A stretch of 64,000 nt of DNA from Bacteroidales bacterium (lineage in GTDB: Bacteria > Bacteroidota > Bacteroidia > Bacteroidales > DTU049). This document shows positions 49,674 to 58,897 of the stretch, piece by piece. The number at the start of each line of letters is the position of its first letter. The stretch's first letter is position 1. The notes below the pieces were generated by a model. That model did not search any database and was not told the DNA's origin. It was given only the letters and a program-made list of their open reading frames with translations. Both the position numbers and the translations under genes were made by a program. Location of the stretch: the NCBI GenBank assembly GCA_026418905.1, contig JAOAAK010000036.1, forward strand, positions 1,163-65,162. The letters run 5' to 3'.

Positions 49674-52003
49674 ACGCGCACTTGCAGTTGAAATATAAAA
49701 GTACGTGGTGGCTGGACATCACCAGGACGTATCATGTATTCTTTATTTAAAGCATTACGCACGTTAAAGATAAAATTGACTTCCTTGGATACTTCATACT
49801 TCAAACGTAGATCTACCACCACAAAACCATTATGCTTTTCTCTGTATTCTTTCAATCCAGGAAGAATCATGGCCGGTTCCATAGAGGGAGGAATAAGAAT
49901 AGGTGCACCATTTGGATAACGAATAGTATCTTCAAAAACTTTATCTATATTAAAAATTTTACTTTGATATTCAACATTGACACCTATAAAAAGTTTTTTA
50001 AATCCAATTTCTACATCACCCTTGAAATTATGAAAAAACCTGTATTTAAGAATTTTTGTTTCCAATGAACTTTTCATTGTATCTTGTTGTTTACTCAGAT
50101 CAATAGGATATGTATATGTGTAACCTATAAACCATTGAAGCGGCAATTTCCATAAGGAAGTATTACCAGCAATGTTAATTTCTGTTCCAGTGATCTGAGC
50201 TTTTTCAACATTAAATGCTTTAAATCCTAACCAATTTTGAAAGTAGTTGGGATCGGTTGGAGGAAAGGCCACCAACACAACACTGTCAGGGTTAAAATAA
50301 CCGAACTGGAACTCAATCATATCTCTATACCTCATAAAAAAACCTGAAATATCCACATAGCCATGCCATTTTTTCCATTGATACCCATGCCTAAACCCTA
50401 CTTCAGCACTGTAACCTGATTCGGATTTCAGGGATGGATTCGGAAAAATACGAATGGTGCCAGTAGAAGTGGCTGTGTATCTCTCGGCAATAGTAGGATA
50501 ACGGTAGCCCTGACCAAACGAAGCTCGTAGAAAGGTTTGTTCTAGGAGCATATATGTTAATCCCATTCTAAAAACAGGTTTAAAAGTAGCTGGATCCTTG
50601 TCTATTTGATGACCTTCCAGACGTCCCCCTAACGTTAGGTTAAACTTTCCAGTTTTTTTATCTGCCTGTGTATATAATGCTAGGCTACGTCCGTAATGAA
50701 GCCTTTTACCAAAAATATCAGCTTCGCTTTCATTGTATGTACCAACTAGACCACTACTCCAAACTAAACCTTTATCATTCTGAAATTTTTGGAATAAATA
50801 TTCACCGTACCAAAGATCATCGTAGTTATTTTGGTTGGTATTGTTTTCATTATTGACTTCATACCATAAAAGTTTAAGCAGGTGGCGAGTTCGTTTATTT
50901 ACCCAGTATTCTGCCGAACCAGCTATGTCGAAAAGACGATTATTGATTTCCTGTTGAAAAGTTTCATTTTTTCTATACACACCGGAATCTGCGTCACGCC
51001 AAAGCAAGAATTTATTACCTTGTCGATAAAGATAACTCATACGCAAGGAAACCACTAGACCTTCTACTTTAGGAAACTTATATCGAAAAGTAGATTGCAC
51101 AATACCCCGTTGTTCGTTGTCGCTTTCCCTGTAACCATCGTCGGAGAAAAATTGACCTGTCAATGTATAGCCAAAATTTTTGATGGTTTGACCATGAAAA
51201 ATCCGAAAACTGGAAAAAGTGGGATTAAAACTCTTCCACCATTTAATTTCTTCGCGAAGTGGATTACCATACACACCAAGTTGAGTTGTAAACTGGGTGT
51301 AAGGCTTCAATGGTGGTGACATGGTCCGATAATGAATAATACCATTCAGTGCCGATGATCCATATAAAGTTGAGCTAGGACCTTTAAAAATTTCTATTTG
51401 TTTGATGTTTTCCATAGGTAAAAATTCCCATCTAATCTCACCCGTTGCGCCCGTGAGGAGAGGCATATCGTCTACCAAGAAAAGAACTCGACTCCCAGCA
51501 CCATACGAGTAACCACTACCTCCTCGAATGGTTGCTTGATCATCAAATATGACTATCCCAGAAACCTTTTGTAATGCGTTCTCTAGGGAACTTATAGCAT
51601 TAGCTTCCAAAAAAGAAGGTTTAATCAAATCCATAGATACAGAAACATCGGAAAGCTTTTGATCAAATTTTCCTGCCGAAACCACAACTTCGTTTAAAAG
51701 AGTAGACATAACCTCCAGATCAACATCTAGTCTCAGGACTTCTGCTGGTTTTAAACTTATCTGTCTTTTTACTTCGTAGTACCCCATAAGCTTAAAAACA
51801 ACAACATAAGATCCAGGTGGTAAAGTAAGCTTAAAACCGCCCATTGAGTCTGAAACAATTCCCAGCTTAAGCTCAGAGACATAAATCTGAACACCCCACA
51901 ACGGATTGCCTGTTCCTTTCTCTTTAACAAATCCTTCAATCACTGCTTGCTGTGAAAACATAAAATAAGGAAGAAACAATAACAATACCTGAAGGATTCT
52001 CAT
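49670..52003 (-). CDS. TonB-dependent outer-membrane receptor with N-terminal carboxypeptidase-regulatory-like domain
   Basis: I start it at the ATG at 52003, where the signal peptide MRILQVLLLFLPYFMFSQQ begins. It has a CarbopepD_reg-like N-terminus (GFVKEKGTGNPLWGVQIYV), a plug (IRGGSGYSYGAGSRVLFLVDDMPL), and a long beta-barrel. Confidence 0.9.
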   Translation of the reverse strand: MRILQVLLLFLPYFMFSQQAVIEGFVKEKGTGNPLWGVQIYVSELKLGIVSDSMGGFKLTLPPGSYVVVFKLMGYYEVKRQISLKPAEVLRLDVDLEVMSTLLNEVVVSAGKFDQKLSDVSVSMDLIKPSFLEANAISSLENALQKVSGIVIFDDQATIRGGSGYSYGAGSRVLFLVDDMPLLTGATGEIRWEFLPMENIKQIEIFKGPSSTLYGSSALNGIIHYRTMSPPLKPYTQFTTQLGVYGNPLREEIKWWKSFNPTFSSFRIFHGQTIKNFGYTLTGQFFSDDGYRESDNEQRGIVQSTFRYKFPKVEGLVVSLRMSYLYRQGNKFLLWRDADSGVYRKNETFQQEINNRLFDIAGSAEYWVNKRTRHLLKLLWYEVNNENNTNQNNYDDLWYGEYLFQKFQNDKGLVWSSGLVGTYNESEADIFGKRLHYGRSLALYTQADKKTGKFNLTLGGRLEGHQIDKDPATFKPVFRMGLTYMLLEQTFLRASFGQGYRYPTIAERYTATSTGTIRIFPNPSLKSESGYSAEVGFRHGYQWKKWHGYVDISGFFMRYRDMIEFQFGYFNPDSVVLVAFPPTDPNYFQNWLGFKAFNVEKAQITGTEINIAGNTSLWKLPLQWFIGYTYTYPIDLSKQQDTMKSSLETKILKYRFFHNFKGDVEIGFKKLFIGVNVEYQSKIFNIDKVFEDTIRYPNGAPILIPPSMEPAMILPGLKEYREKHNGFVVVDLRLKYEVSKEVNFIFNVRNALNKEYMIRPGDVQPPRTFIFQLQVRV

Positions 52004-52011
52004 GAATTGTC

Positions 52012-52027
52012 TATTTTTGCAAATGTA
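52012..52027. promoter_or_regulatory. 16-bp element made of two abutting, oppositely oriented -7 boxes (divergent promoter core)
   Basis: The sequence is TATTTTTGCAAATGTA. The plus-strand TATTTTTG lies 18 nt before the dprA ATG at 52038. The minus-strand TACATTTG lies 16 nt before the receptor ATG at 52003. It is the exact reverse complement of 46401-46416. Confidence 0.45.
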
Positions 52028-52037
52028 AGCACAAAAA

Positions 52038-53144
52038 ATGGATGAAAAATTCTTACTCATTGCACTTAAATACATACCTCAAATCGGCGATATTCTGGCG
52101 CGTAAAATTCTTCATCAGCTTTCCTTGACCGACATTTTTTTTTCTTCTGAATCATGGCTCATTAAATCAGGCAAGCTACCTCCTCGCCTAGCTAAAAATA
52201 TTGTCAGATTCAAAGAAGAAGCATTAAAACGAACAGAACATGAAATTAAAATCCTCCAACAACAAAATATTGGCTTTTTATCCATCCTAGATGATTTTTA
52301 CCCTTCCCGTCTCCGCAACTGTGAAGATGCCCCTCTTTACCTTTTCTATAAAGGCAATCTCGATGTTTTACAAATGAAATATCAGCTTTCAGTTGTTGGT
52401 ACGCGTAATATTACCAGTTATGGTAAAAAATTAACAGAGCAACTGATTCAATCACTATCTGCACTTCCTATATGTATTATCAGTGGATTGGCAGCTGGTG
52501 TTGACACCATTGCTCATGAAGAAGCTTTACGGAACAATTTGCCTACCGTTGCCGTGCTTGGACATGGTTTCTCCTATATTTATCCTGCCGAAAATAAAAG
52601 TCTTGCCCTTCGAATTGTGGAACGTGGTCTTCTTCTTACAGAGTATCTCTCAGACGTAAAACCTGAAAAAATAAACTTTCCTCAAAGAAATCGAATTATT
52701 GCTGGATTGAGTGATGCTGTCGTTGTCGTAGAATCTGGAAAAAAGGGTGGAGCTCTCATTACTGCTGATCTTGCTTTCAACTATGACAGAGACGTTTTTG
52801 CCTTTCCTGGCAATGTATCGCATGAAAAAAGCCAAGGTTGCCATTGGCTCATCAAAACTCAACGAGCTAGTCTTATAGAATGTGGCGAGGATTTGATCAA
52901 AGCCATGAAATGGGATGGAAAAGTTAATTCATTTCCATCGTTTCAATCCATTCTCCCCTTGGCTAGTCTTACAGAACAAGCTCGTCAGGTATTGCAATTT
53001 ATCGAGCAAAATCAACCTTGTACATTGGATGATTTATATAAAAAATTTTCTATCCTTCCTTCTGAATTATCTTCTATTTTGCTTGAACTGGAATTGGAAG
53101 GTTTGATTCGTTCTTTGCCTGGTAAACATTACGTCGTTAGCTAA
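52038..53144 (+). CDS. dprA: DNA-processing protein DprA (Smf)
   Basis: 368 aa. It has VVGTRNITSYG, GLAAGVDTIAHE and ESGKKGGALITAD. Confidence 0.92.
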   Translation: MDEKFLLIALKYIPQIGDILARKILHQLSLTDIFFSSESWLIKSGKLPPRLAKNIVRFKEEALKRTEHEIKILQQQNIGFLSILDDFYPSRLRNCEDAPLYLFYKGNLDVLQMKYQLSVVGTRNITSYGKKLTEQLIQSLSALPICIISGLAAGVDTIAHEEALRNNLPTVAVLGHGFSYIYPAENKSLALRIVERGLLLTEYLSDVKPEKINFPQRNRIIAGLSDAVVVVESGKKGGALITADLAFNYDRDVFAFPGNVSHEKSQGCHWLIKTQRASLIECGEDLIKAMKWDGKVNSFPSFQSILPLASLTEQARQVLQFIEQNQPCTLDDLYKKFSILPSELSSILLELELEGLIRSLPGKHYVVS

Positions 53145-53160
53145 TCTTATTAAAATAACC

Positions 53161-53168
53161 TAAATTTG
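53161..53168 (+). promoter_or_regulatory. -7 promoter box placed 4 nt before the ATG (possible leaderless transcript)
   Basis: TAAATTTGAATCATG. The same geometry occurs at 17726-17740. Confidence 0.3.
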
Positions 53169-53172
53169 AATC

Positions 53173-55509
53173 ATGGAAAAAATACTTGTTTGGTTCTTTT
53201 CTTTTATTTTCTCTTATGTTTCTTTTTCCCAGGGTATTATTCGTGGCATGTGGAGAGACCATTTTCCTTACTTTAATCTAAAACACATAGAAGTCTCCCC
53301 ATTTGGTGTTTGGGCAGCTAGTGATCATGCATTGTTTTTGCTTGACAAAAAAACCGAAGAAATACAACGCTTTTCAAGGATTAATGGTCTTCATGAGGCT
53401 CTCGTAACAGCAATAGCTTGGGATTCGTTGTATCAACTTCTTGTTATAGGTTACCAAAACGGTAATATCGATTTCCTCTATCCTGATGGCAAAATTTATA
53501 ACATACCCGACATTAAAATCAGTCATGCCATCGGAAGCAAAAAAATAAATCGCATTTTACCTAGGGGTTCACTTGCTTATCTCTCGACAGATTTTGGTAT
53601 TGTCGTATTAAACTTAGCAAAAAAAGAAATCAAAGAAACATATATACTCTCAAATGATGGCAGTAACAATCCGGTTTATGATATTCATATTACAAGTGAT
53701 AGTATTTTTGCCGTTACACAAAAAGGAGTCTTCGCTGCAAGTCTTCAATCTCCCAATCTTTCTTACTTCAACTATTGGAGAACTGTTCTCTCTCAACCCC
53801 CATCAAATGAAAAATACTCTTTCATTGAGCCCTCACGTGACTATCTCTTAATAGTTTTAAGCAAAAAAGATACCCAACCTGATGTAATCTTAAAATATAG
53901 AAATGGAGTACTTGATACATTTTACATTCAAAGTGTAGGATTAAAAAAAATAACAAATATAAGATTATCGAGGGGGAAACTCATTTTTTGTCATCCTAAC
54001 AACATTACCGTTTACGATGACCAACTTCAATACATTGATCAGATTTATGTTTACAATACAACTCAAGGGTTTGCCTCCTACCCTACACCACGCGATGCTC
54101 AATATGCTTCCGATGGCTTTATGTACATAGCAGATGAAACTCAAGGACTTGTCAAAAACTGGCAAATATGGACCAATTACTTTTTCAAACCCGAAAGCCC
54201 ATATTTGGCTACTTGCTTTTCCCTAAACATGTGTGGAACCACCTTAACTGTTACTGGTGGCGGATTTGACGAATCATTTAACAATTTCTATTCTCAGCCT
54301 TTTATTGCATCGTTCGCTGAAGAAAAATGGTTTAACTTACATCCATCTATAGATACTAATTTAATTGGTTTTTTTGATCCTACCACTGTTTATGCAGATC
54401 CCAAAGATCCTAAACATCTCTGGATTGGTTTTTACAATCAAGGTTTAATGGAGTATCGTGCAGGTGAGATCGTGAAAGTATGGAATTCGTACAATTCAAC
54501 ATTACCTGGAGCTGAAGGCACAGATTTAGTTAGAATTACTGGCATCACTGTTGATCAAAATAACAATCTCTGGATCGTACATCCATGGAGCAACAAAATG
54601 CTTAGTGTTCTAACTTCCAAAAACGAATTAATTACATTCAATTTACCGCCAAGCTTTAAAGCTAATGGAGCTAAAAAAATTGCTATCGATGCTTACAATA
54701 ACAAATGGATACCTCTTCCCAGAAATGAAGGTATTATTGTTTTCAATGAAAACGGAACTCTCAACAACTTCTCCGACGATAAATTTATCAAATTGAATAC
54801 TTCGCCTAATACTGGTAATTTACCCAGTCTCAGTGTTAATGCTATAGTCGCCGATAAAGAAAATCAGATCTGGATTGGTACAGACAAAGGCATAGCTATT
54901 ATTGATAATCCAGCGAATATTTTTTCTGATCAAAGTATCAATGCCCGGCAGATCTTAGTCGAAGTTGGAGGTTACGTTCAACCCCTGCTTGGTTCCGAAA
55001 ATGTAACTTGCATAGCAGTGGATGGGGGTAATAGAAAATGGGTGGGGACTGAAAAAGCTGGCGTCTTTTTACTCTCCCCCGACGGCACCATAGAAATAGC
55101 CCATTATACCACAGATAATTCTCCTCTTCCTTCCAACACCATTATGGACATCGTTATTCAACCGCTATCAGGAGAAGTTTTTATAGCAACTTCTGCTGGT
55201 TTAGTCTCTTATGGTGGCGAAGCTTCCGAACCATTCAACACTTATGATTCAATCATGATTTATCCCAATCCGGTCCCATCCGATTTTCAAGGTCTTTTGA
55301 CCATATCCAATCTTGTTTCCGAGTCTACAGTCACCATTACAGATGTTTATGGAAACCTGATCTATCAAACTACCTCACAAGGAGGTATGGCTGTATGGAA
55401 CTGCAAAGACATTAAAGGCAACCGCCCCGCTACAGGCATATACTTGATACTCATAGCCAACTCCGATGGAACTTTACGAAAAACTGCAAAATTTCTTTTT
55501 TATCATTAA
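53173..55509 (+). CDS. double beta-propeller protein with T9SS type-A sorting domain, PorZ-like
   Basis: 778 aa with a signal peptide. It carries repeated propeller-blade motifs (NNLWIV, NQIWIGTDKGIAIID, RKWVGTEKAGVFLL, GEVFIATSAGLVSY). The C-terminal segment is IMIYPNPVPSD...GIYLILIA. The size and architecture match what I recall of PorZ. Confidence 0.6.
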   Translation: MEKILVWFFSFIFSYVSFSQGIIRGMWRDHFPYFNLKHIEVSPFGVWAASDHALFLLDKKTEEIQRFSRINGLHEALVTAIAWDSLYQLLVIGYQNGNIDFLYPDGKIYNIPDIKISHAIGSKKINRILPRGSLAYLSTDFGIVVLNLAKKEIKETYILSNDGSNNPVYDIHITSDSIFAVTQKGVFAASLQSPNLSYFNYWRTVLSQPPSNEKYSFIEPSRDYLLIVLSKKDTQPDVILKYRNGVLDTFYIQSVGLKKITNIRLSRGKLIFCHPNNITVYDDQLQYIDQIYVYNTTQGFASYPTPRDAQYASDGFMYIADETQGLVKNWQIWTNYFFKPESPYLATCFSLNMCGTTLTVTGGGFDESFNNFYSQPFIASFAEEKWFNLHPSIDTNLIGFFDPTTVYADPKDPKHLWIGFYNQGLMEYRAGEIVKVWNSYNSTLPGAEGTDLVRITGITVDQNNNLWIVHPWSNKMLSVLTSKNELITFNLPPSFKANGAKKIAIDAYNNKWIPLPRNEGIIVFNENGTLNNFSDDKFIKLNTSPNTGNLPSLSVNAIVADKENQIWIGTDKGIAIIDNPANIFSDQSINARQILVEVGGYVQPLLGSENVTCIAVDGGNRKWVGTEKAGVFLLSPDGTIEIAHYTTDNSPLPSNTIMDIVIQPLSGEVFIATSAGLVSYGGEASEPFNTYDSIMIYPNPVPSDFQGLLTISNLVSESTVTITDVYGNLIYQTTSQGGMAVWNCKDIKGNRPATGIYLILIANSDGTLRKTAKFLFYH

Positions 55510-55511
55510 TT

Positions 55512-56225
55512 ATGATCGAACAGACTGAATTTATTCCACTGCGAGTTGTCAAATACAAAGAAAGATCTCTTGTACTAACGGGCATTACACCTCAAGGAAG
55601 GAAAGATTTTTTTCTTAACTCCTACATTAAAAACAAAAAAAATAAATACCCGTTTTTAGCTTACCCCCTTCCTATTTTAGAAATCACTTATTTTCGTCGC
55701 TCCCATTTCAATCTTCCTATTGTCAGCGATATGCAATTAGTTAAATACTCTCCCCATGTTCTTTTTTCTCCTCCGACTCAAATACTTTTAACTTTTCTAG
55801 CAGAAATATATTATGCTTTTCTTCGACACGTAGACTCAGCAATCTATGCTTTTATTCGATCAAAATTATTTGAGATTTTCAATTTTCAGCATCTCAACCC
55901 AACATGGGTTTTCGTGCATCTTGTCAACTTGTTAGAACAACTAGGTTTTGGTTTACAAAAATGGATGAATTGGGATAAAGATCTAGAGTTATCGAATACT
56001 TTCGCCGACACTCCTATTGGAAAAATTCATGTTCGTTTTCTAAGATTACTCTACCATTTAACCCAATCAGATCATCATTTGAACATTCCTCCTGCCGATC
56101 AAATGCCTTTGCTAGAAACGATAATCAAAATTTTCCATTCGCATTTTTCTTCAACAAGAGAAATTCAGTCAATGCGACAGATGGAACTTTTCTTTTCATT
56201 TTTCGAAAATAAGACGCCCTCCTGA
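55512..56225 (+). CDS. recO: DNA repair protein RecO
   Basis: 237 aa. The N-terminal OB-fold pattern is EFIPLRVVKYKERSLVLTGITPQGRK. It starts 2 nt after the preceding stop. Confidence 0.75.
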   Translation: MIEQTEFIPLRVVKYKERSLVLTGITPQGRKDFFLNSYIKNKKNKYPFLAYPLPILEITYFRRSHFNLPIVSDMQLVKYSPHVLFSPPTQILLTFLAEIYYAFLRHVDSAIYAFIRSKLFEIFNFQHLNPTWVFVHLVNLLEQLGFGLQKWMNWDKDLELSNTFADTPIGKIHVRFLRLLYHLTQSDHHLNIPPADQMPLLETIIKIFHSHFSSTREIQSMRQMELFFSFFENKTPS

Positions 56226-58208
56226 ATGAGTGACTATCCGAGCTCTTTTTTCTCGCCGAATATCAACCCCTTTCTCTATCACTAACCTGCTATCATTTTT
56301 CAGAATAATTTTCGAGCCTTTTTCCATCAGTATTTTTGTTCCTGATGAAAAAATCAACGTCGTTGGAGGATTCCAATATTTCTTCGAAAACATAGTATCA
56401 GTTGTCGGCGTCATAGAACGATCTATAACAAGTCTAACTTTTTTTCGTATAATCAAATCATAAGGAGAAGCCACATGTTGTTTTGGCAAAATGATATGTG
56501 GAGCTGCCCAGCGCGTCGAATAATTTACTTCCGGAACATGCGAAACAATTCGTAATCGTAAACTCCCAGGATAATTTGGATCCCCATCGTATATATAAAT
56601 TCTTATCCCATGAAGATAAATTATTCGATTATCCGGCTTTTTCCCACCATTCAAAGAACGATCATCATTGAGATAGGTCAACATATTGACCAAAGCTGGA
56701 TTGGTTGAGATTGAAATGACATCGCCTGGGACAAAAGCCATAGAAGTTTCTCCTAAATAAGGCAAGTTGTTACGATATTGTCCATCGAGTTTCTCAATTC
56801 CAAGGGTCCTTTTTTCTTTTTCTTGCAACTTTCCATCTTTGTTTTCATCAAATCCAACAAGTTCATGCACAGAATAGCCCGTAAAAGGATTAGAATTTTT
56901 TGAACTACGCACGAAAGGATAATATTTGACATTATTGATACACCAGTTGTTCTGAACTAGCGTATCTTCAAAGATCAAATCATAAAAACCACTCGCCGGA
57001 ACGACTCGAATAAAATCAGCAAAGTCGCGGAATGCACCTGGAGCCAATGTATCTTCATGAGCAACTTGTATGTACGCATAAATACCAGGACGTGCTTTGT
57101 CAATACAATAGGCATCTTCATACTGAAATCGATCAAAACGACTTCCGTTAAAAGTTGTTGTCTGATGATTTTCTAACCAAAGCCATTGTGGATATTCATC
57201 AGACGACAAATAAGGTAAACGTACTCGTATGACGTCTCCGGTGGTAATAAAATCTCTTAAAATCAAAGTGGTGTCAAGATAGAATTGCTCCAGAGCCGTA
57301 AAATCCGTACATATTTCCTCTCCTTTTTCATTTAAACACGAAATATAAAATTTCTTATATGGTGATTTCCAGCCGAGTTTATAGCGATCCCAACCATTAA
57401 CGGTCATAAGAATGCGGTTGGCGGCACCCATCATTCCCCAACCAGCTTGAAAAGAGAGAAAATATTGAGGTCCACTAGCTGCATGATTTCCACCGCAACA
57501 ATGCATGTTGTTTCCTCCTAAAAGCAAATGGTTAAATTCATGTAAAAGTATTCCCAGTGGCATGGAACCATGAGTGCAAAATACGCTGTATGAATCCGCT
57601 TCTAAATTCCCACCTCGAAGCCCAAAAGTAGAAGCATAACCAGCACCATGAGCAGGATATGTTGAATTTCTGACTATGATCATCAAATGATCTAAACGCA
57701 ATTTGTCTGACGATTGCCTACGTCGTTTAATCTCTCCACCACGCTCAATGAACCATAAATCAAAACTATCCTCACTTAGCAAATGCTTGGTTCGGAAAGA
57801 ACGTTTTCCGATATATTCCAATATTTTTATTGGATCAATAGAACCATCCGATGGTAACAATATGGGAATTCCGGGCTTTCCTTCCTCCTCCCATACATCA
57901 CCTAATACCTCAAATTCTCCAAAAGAAGCTTCATGAAAATACGATGTAACCCATCCCTGAGGCTTTTGCATAGGAAAAGGATCAAACAATTCATTTGACC
58001 AAATAGGAAGTTTCCCAGGTTGCCAAGATTCTGAAAATTCTATACTGTTTGGCTCTTTTCCTGAAGGATACTTTAGTTCGACAAAAACCACCAACACTCT
58101 TAATCTACCATGTACTGGTAAGTAATATCCACTCCTTGATCCGTAGCTTTGAGCATACATCGCTTCGTAAAGTACCAACAGTATAACCAAGCTTCTAAAA
58201 TATCTCAT
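56196..58208 (-). CDS. secreted putative zinc metalloprotease with variant HEXXH motif
   Basis: 670 aa with a signal peptide (LVLYEAMYAQS). HEFNH lies at nt 57528-57542, in the context LGILLHEFNHLLLGGNNMHCCGGNH. Confidence 0.65.
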   Translation of the reverse strand: MRYFRSLVILLVLYEAMYAQSYGSRSGYYLPVHGRLRVLVVFVELKYPSGKEPNSIEFSESWQPGKLPIWSNELFDPFPMQKPQGWVTSYFHEASFGEFEVLGDVWEEEGKPGIPILLPSDGSIDPIKILEYIGKRSFRTKHLLSEDSFDLWFIERGGEIKRRRQSSDKLRLDHLMIIVRNSTYPAHGAGYASTFGLRGGNLEADSYSVFCTHGSMPLGILLHEFNHLLLGGNNMHCCGGNHAASGPQYFLSFQAGWGMMGAANRILMTVNGWDRYKLGWKSPYKKFYISCLNEKGEEICTDFTALEQFYLDTTLILRDFITTGDVIRVRLPYLSSDEYPQWLWLENHQTTTFNGSRFDRFQYEDAYCIDKARPGIYAYIQVAHEDTLAPGAFRDFADFIRVVPASGFYDLIFEDTLVQNNWCINNVKYYPFVRSSKNSNPFTGYSVHELVGFDENKDGKLQEKEKRTLGIEKLDGQYRNNLPYLGETSMAFVPGDVISISTNPALVNMLTYLNDDRSLNGGKKPDNRIIYLHGIRIYIYDGDPNYPGSLRLRIVSHVPEVNYSTRWAAPHIILPKQHVASPYDLIIRKKVRLVIDRSMTPTTDTMFSKKYWNPPTTLIFSSGTKILMEKGSKIILKNDSRLVIEKGVDIRREKRARIVTHSGGRLIFEK

Positions 58209-58221
58209 CTCTTTTGTTAAA

Positions 58222-58653
58222 TCAATGATTCAGCATCATATGTATTTTCTGGACGCAGCTTACAACTTTAGGGAAAATTTTTTCTGGAACTTCCTGAACA
58301 TGTGAGAATATCGTAGAATCTTTAATTTTCCTGATCAACATTTTTCCTTCTTCCTCTTCTAGATAGCATAGCAGTAAATTATATGGTTTAACTTCTGGAA
58401 TTAGATACACTTCATCTGTTCGAACACCTATAAGCCAAGCCATTTCAGTCAGATTTGAATAAACAGGATAAAGATAACTCCTTGAAGTTCGAACATCAAA
58501 ATGTTCGTAATCTCTCATATGTCGGAACGGGTTCTCTAGCATTTGATTGAGCAACGACACAACTTTATACTCTCGATAAGGTGAATTTAAAACCCATATT
58601 TTAAAATTATCTTCAAAATCATTCTCCTTTGAGTATAAATAATACTTCTTCAC
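58222..58653 (-). CDS. small cytoplasmic protein, possibly IPExxxVDY family
   Basis: 143 aa with a GTG start immediately after an in-frame stop. The YLIPEVKPYNLLL segment and overall layout resemble the Bacteroidota IPExxxVDY family as I remember it. The assignment is weak. Confidence 0.5.
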   Translation of the reverse strand: MKKYYLYSKENDFEDNFKIWVLNSPYREYKVVSLLNQMLENPFRHMRDYEHFDVRTSRSYLYPVYSNLTEMAWLIGVRTDEVYLIPEVKPYNLLLCYLEEEEGKMLIRKIKDSTIFSHVQEVPEKIFPKVVSCVQKIHMMLNH

Positions 58654-58674
58654 CTCTTACTTATTTAGATAAAG

Positions 58675-58682
58675 CAAATTTA
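58675..58682 (-). promoter_or_regulatory. Bacteroidota-type -7 promoter box for the small-protein/metalloprotease unit
   Basis: The minus strand reads TAAATTTG(C), 21 nt upstream of the GTG at 58653. Confidence 0.35.
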
Positions 58683-58897
58683 AATCATTAGCATGAAAAC
58701 CTAAATCTCCGTTTTGAAATATTTTCACTCCATTAACGATATACAAAGACTCGCAGCAAAAACTTACGTAACTTGTTGAACAAATAAATTACGTGTTCAT
58801 GTAACTTATTTGAAATTTAATCTATGTTTCCAACATAAGAAATTCCTTTCCCTGCTTACACATGACTAATACGATTAAGTTTTAAGATATAGAAAAA

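Noticed and set aside
52004-52075. An apparent 38-nt head-to-head overlap of the TonB-dependent receptor and dprA coding regions.
   Set aside because: The receptor's signal peptide starts at the internal ATG at 52003. The 24 upstream codons are not signal-like. With the shorter start, the two genes are separated by a 34-nt gap that holds the paired -7 boxes.
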